Assembly (NCBI RefSeq): GCF_001194135.2
Contig: NC_068983.1
Coordinates: 63,145,371-63,209,370, forward strand
Source: Octopus bimaculoides
Taxonomy: Eukaryota
Direction: 5' to 3'
Length of the DNA stretch: 64,000 bases
Positions within the stretch are counted from its first letter, which is position 1; every line of letters begins with the position of its first letter. Position numbers and translations under genes: made by a program. Below are positions 1 through 11,703 of this stretch, piece after piece. The notes under the pieces were generated by a model, which saw nothing but the letters and a program-made list of their open reading frames with translations, did no database searches and was not told the origin of the DNA.

Positions 1-190
1 AAAATTAGTTATGAAACACGTGTAATCTTTTTATTATATTTATCTTATGATATTTACTTTACTTTATATTATACTCATTTATTGTGCTTTTAATTATTAA
101 TTTTTGTATATGTGATAGTGGATTTTCATCGATGAGTTCTTGAAACTTGGTTATTTTCCCTAAAACTATATATTTTTATATATATTTTAT
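1..190 (+). repeat. AT-rich repeat, near-identical inverted partner of 33770-33950
   Basis: Reverse complement of 1-180 matches 33770-33949 with about 3 substitutions and 1 indel, read directly. Confidence 0.9.
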
Positions 191-268
191 CTATAAAGCT
201 CAATTTAATTTTAATTTTTTATAAATTGATTTTAATTGAGTTTTTACCTGTAATTTTGGATTTTTTCC

Positions 269-270
<2 letters not shown>

Positions 271-350
<80 letters not shown>
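271..350. repeat. (TA)n/(GA)n compound microsatellite
   Basis: Seen directly. Confidence 0.97.
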
Positions 351-355
<5 letters not shown>

Positions 356-750
356 ATATACAATACACATACATGCATCATACCAATACTTCACTGTATA
401 TCATTACAAATATATAAAAGCGTTTATATGTGAGTGTTTATGGTCGTATTGGTGTTTCAAATGGGCTGACAACTGTGTGTTATGTGGACGTGTGCGGTTT
501 TCTATATCATTTTAGTATTGTTAGAGCGCTTTCATCTTAGTGTGTTTCTATATGTATTCAAAAGTCATATTTGCATGATTGTGTGTGGCTTTTTGCATTT
601 TCTTTTTATTTGTGCGACGTTTATGCTGTGTTGTTATGTGTGTGTGCGCGCGCGTGCGTGTGATTGTAAATCTGTTCTGAAAATTTAACTATTCCAATGT
701 TCCTTTGCCAATTATAAAGCACGCGATTAATATGCAATTTTTACCATCAC

Positions 751-801
751 TTCATTCTGATGACGAAACCGACAATATTTTGAAACTTTTATGTTAATGA
801 A
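751..801 (+). ncRNA. Minimal type I hammerhead-ribozyme-like motif
   Basis: TTCATT-CTGATGA-C-GAAA(9 nt)TTTT-GAAAC-TTTTAT-GTT-AATGAA: 6-bp stem I, intact cores, weak stem II, 2-bp stem III, GUU triplet. Confidence 0.5.
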
Positions 802-1699
802 TTTCAAAATGGATTTCAAAGCAAAGCAGTAGTAGTAAAACGAAAATTTGTTCATTTACCCGTACTGACACACTCACATTCACACGTACACAGACAAACA
901 AACAAACTCAAACACGTACACATGCACGCAAAAATACATGTACTCGAAAAAGTGTTACGTATTTTGTTGTGTATTTACATGAATATATAATTATTTATTA
1001 CTTGTGTAATTATAATCAGGATTCTCTAAGCAGAATTATAGCCCACTGCCCCCACCCCCGGGTAAAGCAATGCACAGGACCATATGGTATTTACTTATTA
1101 ACAGTAATCCACATGACTACATCAGAACTGGGCCCCGAAACTCAATTACTGCCCCGAAACTCAATTACTGCCCTGTGTACCCATACATCAAGACAGCACA
1201 CATTGTAGGCGGGTGGCAAAGAGACAGACAAAAGAGAGCTGAAGAAAAAATGGGTACACTGAAAGGCATAGTTGTGTTAAGTGAAAGGAGTAAACAGGAG
1301 GAAAGGAGCAATGAGTAAGCGTTGGTGCGAGAGAAACAAACTCTCACATACACATACCTACTAATACACAACTAATATATGTATACATACATATATACAT
1401 TGCCATGTTTATTGTGACATAAAGTGACATAATAGTGAATTTTGATAACTAGGTTGCTTCGAGTTATATCTGTTCTCAAATACACATGCAAATTACATGC
1501 GCATGCACTCACACATTCATCGACGCTATGCACACATAGATATACAGATATAGAAAAAAACATATTGAACACCGAAACATTGACAGGGATTTTGTTTGCG
1601 ATATCTTTCACAAAAGAACCAGAATCACTAAACGTCACAGATTGTTGTACATTCCTCGGCAGAAGCCACCAATATGACTAAATTCTAATGTGTGTGAAT

Positions 1700-1880
1700 T
1701 GATGTCATTTCCGAAGATGCTAGATCACCAACGATTTCATCAACTATTCGATGGAGAAAATCTTCAACAAAGAAATTTTCATGTTTTCCACCCAATGAAA
1801 TATCAAAACGATCTATGTAAAATTTTCCCTAATAATTAAGTTACTTTGGATTTAATGCTTTGAAGAATTTATAATAATAA
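1700..1880 (-). mobile_element. Possible Penelope-like RT relic (motif A region)
   Basis: Frameshifted FVEDF/SPS resembles the FDxxxFYPSI motif of Penelope-like RTs; very decayed. Confidence 0.3.
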
Positions 1881-2251
1881 ACTTGGATCTGTTCAATCTC
1901 AGTCACAGATTTTTTAATTTATTATTTTTTTTAACTAAACAGTTTAAAACTTCGGATACTGGTTGAATGTGCCACGTAGAACACCATTTACTTTTGACGT
2001 TTTTGACAACATTTTGTATTTTAGAAGTTATTTCGTGTTAAATTTGTCGTATTTGGATAATTTTAACCAATCAATGATGTGTATTCAGCTGTAGAAAGTT
2101 ACTGCTGTTGTTTGCGAACAACAACTTTCGGGTTCATTGACAAAACCATGAATCTACAACAACAGAAAGATTTAAACTGAAAATCTTCCCTAACAAAACC
2201 CTTCTTTAATAACCAGAAATGTTTTTATAGCTACTTATGAGAATGTGTTCT

Positions 2252-2295
<44 letters not shown>

Positions 2296-3131
2296 ATCTA
2301 TCTTATCTATCTATTTATCTTGTCTATCTATCTATGCACTCACACACATACACACACATTAATAATAGGCAGACGTTACAGAGTGACAATGACCAAATTC
2401 GTGTTTGATAAGTGCCTATAGACGAAACTCTCAACTTTTGACTTACTTTCTAAGTTCTGCCGATGATGTACATATATATATGTGTAATAAAATCTCATCA
2501 CGCAATTGAATCAATGAATGAGCCTCTACCTGGTCGCTCGATACACTGTAAATAGCAGCCAAAGTACCCCCTACCTAAATCACACGCCCGTTGTAAGTAA
2601 TGTCCCAGATTATCTCTAAAAAGACGGTTTAGATTATCTCTAAAAAGACGGGTTGATCTGAGGCTAAATAATAACAAAATTATTTCTGAAACAGACTAAC
2701 AATGGAGCTTGTATGTGGTTGCATGACCTGCTAGAAAAAAGTAACCAAACATTAAAAATACATGAAGTGCTGTCACATTAAGTTTTGTATTTCAGTGCTA
2801 AACTGTACAATACAGAGTCTTCACGCACAATTTGTGGCCATATTGAGACGAAACGATAGATGAGTTTCAATTCTGTTTTGATTTCATTAGTGACTGAATA
2901 ATTTAATTTACTCTTAGCGGCGACATCGCTCATTAACTCACAATTACTGAAGAGTTAAAAAAAAAAAACGATTAGACTGATTTGCATTTTAACGCATTCT
3001 TCGAACCTAGCTTGCGTAATAAATTGTGGTTTATTAATGGTGATTACTTTTGTATTTTCAGAAGATATTGTGAAACTAAAAATGTTTGTAATATTTTAAT
3101 TGGTATATTCTTTTATTCTTTTATTTTTTAA

Positions 3132-3340
3132 TTGGTTCAATCATTTCATTGCGGCCATGCTGGAGCACCGCCTTGAAGGTTTTCTAGTCGACGAAGAAAT
3201 CGACCCCAGGACTTATTCTTTGTAAGCTTAGTACTTATTCTATCAGCCTCTTTTGCCGAGCCGCTAGGTTACGGAGAGGCAAACACACCAGTATCGGTTG
3301 TCAAGCGATGGCGAGTGGAGAAACAGACACAAAGACATGA
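3132..3340 (-). mobile_element. SINE family A (CORE-type, OR-like), 3' half
   Basis: Matches the tail region (tgcggccatgctggagcaccgcc...gttgtcaagcgatg) of the copies at 3570-4027 and 28647-29071. Confidence 0.85.
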
Positions 3341-3372
3341 ATACACACACACACACGCACGCACACACACAT

Positions 3373-3414
<42 letters not shown>

Positions 3415-3569
3415 CTATATATACGTATGTATACAAATTAATTTTATACATATAAATATACTTTATGTTAAATACTTTGTATTAGTTTTTACCTAAATTA
3501 TTTTTTACATGCTAGCTACTTGATAAAATCCTATATAGGTTTTATCCTTGATTATAATGATATATATAC

Positions 3570-3780
3570 TCTCTTTTCTCTCTAACTTGTTTCAGTCATT
3601 TGACTGCGGCCATGCTGTAGCACCGCCTTTAGTCGAGCAAATCGACCTCATGACACTCTTTGTAAGACTAGTACTTATTTTATCGGTCTCTTTTGCCGAA
3701 CCGTTAAGTTTCGGCGACGTAAACACCAGCATCGGTTGTCAAGTGATGTTGGGGGTGCAAACATAGACACACAAACATAT

Positions 3781-3873
<93 letters not shown>

Positions 3874-4027
3874 TACGACAGGCTTCTTTCAGTTTCCATT
3901 TACCAAATCCACTCAAGGCTTTGGTTGTCCCGAGTCTATAGTAGAAGACACTAAGGTACCACTCAATGGGACTGAATCCAGAACTATGTGGTTAAGAAGC
4001 AAGCTTCTTACCACACAGTCACGCCTG
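3570..4027 (-). mobile_element. SINE family A, full-length, with internal (CA)n(TA)n tract
   Basis: tRNA-like head on the minus strand (GTGGTAAG box A, GGTTCxxxxCC box B), CORE-like region, LINE-like tail, several copies in the window. Confidence 0.88.
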
Positions 4028-4772
4028 TTGGGGTAGGTTTATGAACAGAGTTCATGTAGACATTTAAGGAAGTTACTCAGTCGCTGATTAAATTCCAACA
4101 CAGGATTCAAAGTAATCCAGATGAGTCCCGTGTTGGGATAACCAGCGACTGAGGCATGCGCACATCTATGGCTGAGCGCATGCATATGTGGGCATAGGTG
4201 TATATGATTGAGCGTGTGTGCTTAGAGTTTGTCTGTGCCATCTGTGGAATCAAACGGCATGTATCTCTCTATGATATTGGTAACGTAATTAGAACAGTTC
4301 CTTTTTTTTTTTTTTGCCTATTTCACCTCTAGCCAGAGGATAAATATAAACTAGAAAAAGCAGTGCGGTGGACATAATCGGCCGACTTTTAGTCCTATTG
4401 AAAACCAATAAAGAAAAATAATAAAATATAACTATGTATGCTTAGTCTGATAAAAGCCAGACGTAAAATCTTATTGCATTTACCATCTCGATTATTTGCA
4501 TATATTAACAATAGCAACATAATAAATTTGAAACAATAAAACTGGCATTGCATGTCGATTTACTTTATTCATCGAAAAATATTTCAACATGGATTCATTT
4601 ATATCGTCCTCCACTTCCTTGCAAACTTCGGTGAAACAAATTTATATTTTAACGACGTGCATATAGAGCAGCCTCCTTTCAGTGCGCAAACCCCATTCTG
4701 TAACCTCACAACTCTGTCAATAGATGTTATAATAAACATAAGATAGAAATACGAGCATAATTTTATCTATAC

Positions 4773-5765
4773 ATGACGTAGGTGCAAAAATAATTGCGGT
4801 TATTTATGCTTATTTTTGTATAATTTTTTATGTGGCTATAGTTACGTACAATCCCACTGGAAAACCTATATTTGGCGCCATTGGTTTACGTTTACAGATT
4901 TTTGTTACTATTTATTCACGTGTATTTCAGACTGAGAATTTTTTTCAAATATAGAAGGTAAATTAAATTATTTTACTGTATGAATTCAAAGCCGAAAAAG
5001 AGAGAAAACTATTTTTAACTAAGTTGTCAATGAATCTACTGTTTAACATTTGTTTCATATATTTTGAGAGAAGACGAAAGCTTTGAAAACAAAGAAGGAT
5101 GCGGATAAAGCTTTGAAAACAAAGAAGGATGCGGATAGCATCTGTGACTAGTAAACCCCAAATGAGGGTCATTATTTGAGTGAATCCACATAATATATAG
5201 CGAGACTGAGAAGACATACATTGGCTATAAACCAATTATTCTCCAGCATATGCAAGACAGAAAATATAACTCCACAAATATACCGAATGAAAATATAAAG
5301 ATCCCAGTTACAATGTCTACACTGTGTAAGGAAAATTAGTATTTTCTTTATCGCATTATAACACGTGGCGAGAAATTGACTGTATGCAAACCTCTCTGCA
5401 TTGGGGCTGGTTTGAGACCACCCTAACAAAACACACTCACAAACCGAAGCTGCGTGGTACTTGGCAAGCAGAATCACCCACTACTACTTATTGAACTTTG
5501 AACTTTTGCGAAACCATCACTGAGAATTATTGCTATGATACCGACATAATGTACAACGAATAGTAATGTTTACGACCAGCACTTATTCTCTATGCTAAAG
5601 TATGAGAGCGAATGAGTGCACAGAAGCTGAGTGTATTGAAATACGAAATTAATTTCTCCAGGTTACCCCGATCATCCACAATTATAGATTTGTTCTGAGC
5701 TGACAGAACTTATTACTTTAATATTGGTGATTATGAACCGCAATTATCTTTGTGCCAACCCTATA
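4773..5765. mobile_element. Pair of inverted mariner-type TIRs (possible non-autonomous element)
   Basis: ggtgcaaaaataattgcggtt at ~4781-4801 and aaccgcaattatctttgtgccaacc at 5736-5760 resemble Hsmar1/MADE1-type TIRs; they may be two unrelated ends. Confidence 0.4.
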
Positions 5766-6493
5766 TATAACACGACACGCGAGCGCGCCTACACGCACAC
5801 ACACACACACACACATACATACATACATACATACATACATGCATACATATATACATGCATGTGTGTTTTTGTGCATGTGAAACGGTGATTGGATAGTGGT
5901 ATTTTGGAGCCATTTCAAATGTTCATGCTTTTATATACACAGAGGACAGACAGAGACAGAGAGAGCTACAACTGCAATTTAAAATAAACCTAATTCGTAT
6001 CGCAGAACGGTTCCCCGCTCTCACTTTTCGAGACGATTATGTGTTTTTACCCTCATAAATTACAGGCTTATGTAATTAAATATATTTATTCAGAATGAAT
6101 TTTATAGATATCTGAATACTTTGTCACTTGATAAATGCTTTTAATGTTGTATACTTCATTTCAACCAAATATTATTATATATGTCGTATCGGAATAAGGA
6201 CAGCTTTAAAATTTGCTTAATATTTTGCCTTTTTGCAGTTTTTCTTCTTTTTATTCTTACTTTCAATGAAATATTCTGGAGTCCATAACTTATATTTATC
6301 ATTTAAAGATTCCGTTAGTTCGAATACTACTAACCATTAAAGCATAACAAAGCTTGCATGGCCCTGATTTTATTCCCTCCACAAGATGAACCGGTGTCTA
6401 AAAGTATCTAATTCAAAATCTGAAAATCACTTCGAAGTTACTTTCAAACAGACCCATAGGTTTTTCAGATACACACACACTTGTACATACATA

Positions 6494-7480
6494 CAGGTAA
6501 TTTAGACAACAAACAGATGTATTGGTATAATGTTCGGGAAGTGAAAAGGCCTTTAACATTTCGAGCCTACGCTCTTCCAAAGAAAGGAACACAGAAAGAA
6601 ACAAGGAACGAAAAAAAAAATGTGTAGTGGCTATCGATATATCTCCCCTCCCTCTTACTTCCTCCCACCCACCTCTCCTCTCTTGCTCCGACTCCTACTT
6701 CTCTTTACTTCTCTTCACTCCTACTTCTCTTCACCCCTACTCTCTTTCTCTCTTCTCTCATACCCACCTTCCCCTTCCCTTTCATCCTCAACCCTTCCTC
6801 ATAAAGCAACTCCTACCCCACCTACCCAACCTTCCCATTTCTTCTCATCCCATCTCATCCCATCCCATCCCTTACACCCCATCCCTTACACCCCATCCCT
6901 TACACCCCATCCCTTACACCCCATCCTTTACACCCTCTCTCACATACCCCACCTCTACCCCTCCATCTATCTACCCACATGCCCCACCTAGCCCCAACGT
7001 CTGTCTACCCACAAACACACCTCTACTCCCACCTTCAGCCTAACTCACACCCACCCGTGATTTCCCCACTCTCGCCTCTCCCACCTCCCAACACCATCAC
7101 ATCACACCACGCTACACCATACCACACAACACAGCACATCACAACACACCACCACGCACAAACCAGCGCTGACCAATTCCCATCCCCACATTTTCACACC
7201 TGCACATACATATGCATACGTCAAGTTCCCCAGCAGTCTCTTGCACACGCGCACCCTCGTTTTGGGATCACTGCTACTTTGTTATCTCCCCTTCTTAACT
7301 CTCCTGTGTGACCCTTCTGTCCGGCATTCGCCACGATGGATCGTTAACCACTACACACATTTTTTTTCTCTCCTTGTTTCTTTGTTTCTTTCTGTGGAAG
7401 AGCGTAAGTTCGAAACGTTGAAGACTTTTTCAAATCCCGAGTGTGATACTAATATATTTATTTGTTTTCTAAACCACCTG
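6494..7480 (+). mobile_element. Non-coding Penelope-like unit: inverted terminal repeat, C-rich body, terminal repeat
   Basis: 6494-6638 (minus) and 7339-7480 (plus) are copies of one ~140-bp repeat carrying a CTGTGGA-A-GAGC..GYTC-GAAACGT hammerhead-like motif; the body contains (ccccatcccttaca)n. Confidence 0.55.
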
Positions 7481-7516
7481 TCTTTGTCTTTTGCTTTTTT
7501 GCGAATTCTCCCTATC

Positions 7517-7565
<49 letters not shown>

Positions 7566-8582
7566 GTCTGTATGCATACATACATACATATAATATAATA
7601 TTTGCCACATTTAAGTGGCAAATATANNNNNNNNNNNNNNNNNNNNNNNNNNNNNNNNNNNNNNNNNNNNNNNNNNNNNNNNNNNNNNNNNNNNNNNNNN
7701 NNNNNNNNNNNNNNNNNNNNNNNNNNNNNNNNNNNNNNNNNNNNNNNNNNNNNNNNNNNNNNNNNNNNNNNNNNNNNNNNNNNNNNNNNNNNNNNNNNNN
7801 NNNNNNNNNNNNNNNNNNNNNNNNNNNNNNNNNNNNNNNNNNNNNNNNNNNNNNNNNNNNNNNNNNNNNNNNNNNNNNNNNNNNNNNNNNNNNNNNNNNN
7901 NNNNNNNNNNNNNNNNNNNNNNNNNNNNNNNNNNNNNNNNNNNNNNNNNNNNNNNNNNNNNNNNNNNNNNNNNNNNNNNNNNNNNNNNNNNNNNNNNNNN
8001 NNNNNNNNNNNNNNNNNNNNNNNNNNNNNNNNNNNNNNNNNNNNNNNNNNNNNNNNNNNNNNNNNNNNNNNNNNNNNNNNNNNNNNNNNNNNNNNNNNNN
8101 NNNNNNNNNNNNNNNNNNNNNNNNNNNNNNNNNNNNNNNNNNNNNNNNNNNNNNNNNNNNNNNNNNNNNNNNNNNNNNNNNNNNNNNNNNNNNNNNNNNN
8201 NNNNNNNNNNNNNNNNNNNNNNNNNNNNNNNNNNNNNNNNNNNNNNNNNNNNNNNNNNNNNNNNNNNNNNNNNNNNNNNNNNNNNNNNNNNNNNNNNNNN
8301 NNNNNNNNNNNNNNNNNNNNNNNNNNNNNNNNNNNNNNNNNNNNNNNNNNNNNNNNNNNNNNNNNNNNNNNNNNNNNNNNNNNNNNNNNNNNNNNNNNNN
8401 NNNNNNNNNNNNNNNNNNNNNNNNNNNNNNNNNNNNNNNNNNNNNNNNNNNNNNNNNNNNGGGGAAATGATAGAGGAAGAGGAAGAGAAAGAGAAAGAGA
8501 TAGAGTAGCGTCGGAAAATATAAGTTTACGAAAACTACTTACGAATTGGAGACGCTGCGTTCAGTCATGTAAAAACAAAAGT

Positions 8583-8716
8583 AAATGAGTATATGCATAT
8601 ATACGTACAAGTATGTGCGTACCGACATCCACCTGTATGTATAGGTGCATATCTGGGTACAGGACATTGCAAACAAAACGTAGACGAGAAAACACACAAG
8701 CCACATAGAGAACATT
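8583..8716 (-). repeat. Fragment of the repeat at 15460-15612
   Basis: Reverse complement matches aatgttctctatgtggcttgtgtgtttt...ctacgttttgtttgcaatgtcctgtacccagatatgcac. Confidence 0.85.
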
Positions 8717-8717
8717 C

Positions 8718-9252
8718 TACATACACATAATAATCAAGAGAGTTGAGGTGTGGGGAGTTAGGTAGCTAGATTTTAAGGATGATGTGGTCGCAGAAATTTT
8801 CTGACAGACATGACTGCGTTCTCCCGTTTGTGTGACATCGTGCAGAGTCATGTTGCAAGACATAGGATCTTCCAGTAGCCATCCCCCTTCACCCAGGGCA
8901 ACACTACCTCCTCCAGATACTTGATATAGGACAACAGTCTGAGGCCGTGTGGGAAGATGAATGGTGGCATAACGTCGCCATCACTCCAGGCACATGTTTT
9001 GAGGACACTGCAAGCTAACGGTTGTTCTGTGTTCACCATCTGTTCGTATTGGAGCTCCTGGCACGAATACCAAGCAATGCAGCATGTCGTTTCTAAATGT
9101 TTGGTAGAGGGAATTGTGTCATGCTGCTAGTTTTCTCACAGACGGGGTCCAACAGACCCTATTATACTGTGTAGTCGACGAAATCTAAGACAAACATTTT
9201 GCATGCGCGAAATTAATATAAAATGGCGATAATTTACCCATCGCACCCTATG
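8718..9252 (-). mobile_element. Tc1/mariner (DD37D/maT-like) transposon relic, internally deleted
   Basis: GDVMPPFIFPHGLRL..YIKYLEEVVLPWVK and LSENFCDH..LPNSPHLNSLDYYV (WPPNSPD-type motif); TIR-like tagggtgcgatgggtaaattatcgcc at ~9225-9250. Confidence 0.85.
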
Positions 9253-9709
9253 TCTTTGTATACACATATATACATACGAGTATACATATATATATATATA
9301 TATACATATATACACATATATATACATATATATATATATACATACATGCACCTACATATACATCTACACACACAAACACGCGCGCACACACACACACACA
9401 AACACATACACACTCATATGTATACATGTATATATTTATACATAAGAATAATGTCATTATTTCATGATTCAGCAGCTGCCAGCATACTAATAATACCATC
9501 ATGGTTTATTTATATTAAAATTATACAAAGGACGATAAATGATTCTACTGTTTGTCTGCTAGAAATAGACGCCAAACTGTTTATAAACTACTTAAATTAT
9601 TACTCGAATACCACAAGGTTGTAAGCGAGAAAAATGGGCAGAGAGGATTTATAAAATAATTTGGATAGTACCATATCTTAAGATTTCACGGTTTACGATA
9701 TTAAAATCA

Positions 9710-9780
9710 CTTTCCGCCCATCAGGGGCAAATACCAGTCGTACCTTTTACGACTGGTATGTGTCACTGATGAGCGGAAAG
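9710..9780. other. 71-nt hairpin with 33-bp arms
   Basis: ctttccgcccatcag/ctgatgagcggaaag (14/15) plus a perfect 12-bp inner stem ataccagtcgta/tacgactggtat and a 5-nt loop. Confidence 0.85.
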
Positions 9781-10020
9781 TTTGTGCGAGTATGTATGTA
9801 TGTATGTATGTATGTATGTATGTATATAAATATATATATTGTTATGTCTCAAGCTACTGCTATCTAGCACCTTCGGATGATCTCTACTCAAACGCTACAC
9901 GACGGCTACTCAACAGTTACTCAACTCCTTCTACCACGGCTAGATTACCTCTATTTATATGTCATGGTCGATCCTACTTCTTCGCTTGGGGGCGTCGACA
10001 CAACATATACATACATATAT

Positions 10021-10389
10021 GTTGTTGGCACTCCGTCGCTTACGACGTCGAGGGTTCCAGTTGATCCGATCAACGGAACAGCCTGCTCGTGAAATTAACG
10101 TGCAAGTGGCTGAGCATTCCACAGACACGTGTACCCTTAACGTAGTTCTCGGGGATATTCAGCATGACACAGTGTGACAAGGCTGACCCTTTGAATTACA
10201 GGCACAACAGAAACAGGAAGAAAGAGTGAGAGAAAGTTGTGGCGAAGGAGTACAGCAGGGTTCGCCAACATCCCCTGCTGGAGCCTCGTGGAGCTTTAGG
10301 TGTTTTCGCTCAATAAACACTCACAACGCCCGGTCTGGGAATCAAAACCGCAAGTCCGCTGCTCTAACCACTGGGCCATTGCACCTCCA
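10021..10389 (-). mobile_element. SINE family B (tRNA-Arg head, OR-like)
   Basis: Reverse-complement match to 12185-12566, with a small deletion in the head. Confidence 0.92.
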
Positions 10390-10424
10390 CATACACATAT
10401 ATATATACATATATACATGCTTAT

Positions 10425-11155
10425 ATATAAGTCGGTGGTCTTAACAACTTTGTTTTATGCTGCTGAATCTTGGACTCTGTACTAAAAGCCCATCAACCAG
10501 CTTGATACTTTTCACATGCGATATTTGCGTACTATCTCCAACATAAAATCGAGTGACCTTATTCATAACGGTGAGGTACTAACAAAATGCAACATGTCAG
10601 GTTTTGAAGCCATCCTTTCCAAAATACAGCTTAGATGATCTGGTCATCATTCACGTATGGGTGATATCAGAATTCCGAATCCCAACAGGATGGTCAGGTG
10701 GAAGGCCACTCTTGCGTTTCAAATACAAACGAAAAGACAACCTGAAGTGATGCAACATTCCCTTTTCTTCTCGGGAAAGCAAAGCACCAGAACGCAGGAC
10801 CTGGTGCCAGTCCTGCTTTTCCTCAGTTCAAAAATTTGAGCAAAGTTGACTCGAATAATGAGACCAACTGCGTGAAAGCATGAAGGCATGCTGGCATAAT
10901 TCTGTTCCTTTAAATAGAAACTTTACCTATTATTGTGGTTTTGTGGAACGAAAGAAAGCAGGCTTTGCTGTCCACTCAAGAAAACATTGTGAATGATCCA
11001 CAAGCACTCAAGCAAACTGAGTCCTCAACTTGTTCCATTTGCCAAAAGGTTTGCAAGGCACTGACAGGCCTCAAGAGACACATTCGTATCCATAGAACAT
11101 AGTTAACGCTTTATTTTGCTGTACTCTCATGTCGTTCACGACGAGAGAATCCATA
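10425..11155 (+). mobile_element. RTE-clade LINE 3' fragment
   Basis: YKSVVLTTLFYAAESWTLY...QLR*SGHHSRMGDIRIP; ends in CSICQKVCKALTGLKRHIRIH; stops and frameshifts present. Confidence 0.88.
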
Positions 11156-11624
11156 TCACACAAACACACGCGCGCGCACACATACATACATATATACATG
11201 CATGTGTGTTTTTGTGCATGTGAAACGGTGATTGGATACTGGTATTTTGGAGCCACTTGAAATTTTCATTCTTTATTTTTCATGCTTTTCGGTTTCTTAT
11301 ATTTTCAGTTTCTTACATATTTCTTTTGCCTTTCTTGACAAGGATAGTAATTAACACTATGTGGTGTGTTCGTAGCTTTTATATCCTCTGTGCTTGCATG
11401 AGTTGGGATTCTTTCAACACAGCATGATGCCATTTAGTACATTTCTCTCTCTCTCTCTCTCTCTCGCATCTACCATATAGCATTCTACTTCATACACAAC
11501 GTACAAGAAAGTGCAACCTTGTTTCCAGGAGACGTATTATCTTACTGAACTTTGTTGGTTTTTGTCTGGCTTCTGTTATTTTAGAGCACCTTCTATATAT
11601 ATACATACATACATACATACATAC

Positions 11625-11673
<49 letters not shown>

Positions 11674-11703
11674 NNNNNNNNNNNNNNNNNNNNNNNNNNN
11701 NNN

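Noticed and set aside
6800-6960. CRISPR-like or coding proline-rich repeat
   Set aside because: A (ccccatcccttaca)n minisatellite with no spacers and no cas genes.
7241-8588. Long ORFs spanning N runs (also 44537-45117, 45884-46679, 51956-52902, 61273-62605)
   Set aside because: They are open only because of assembly gaps (X residues).
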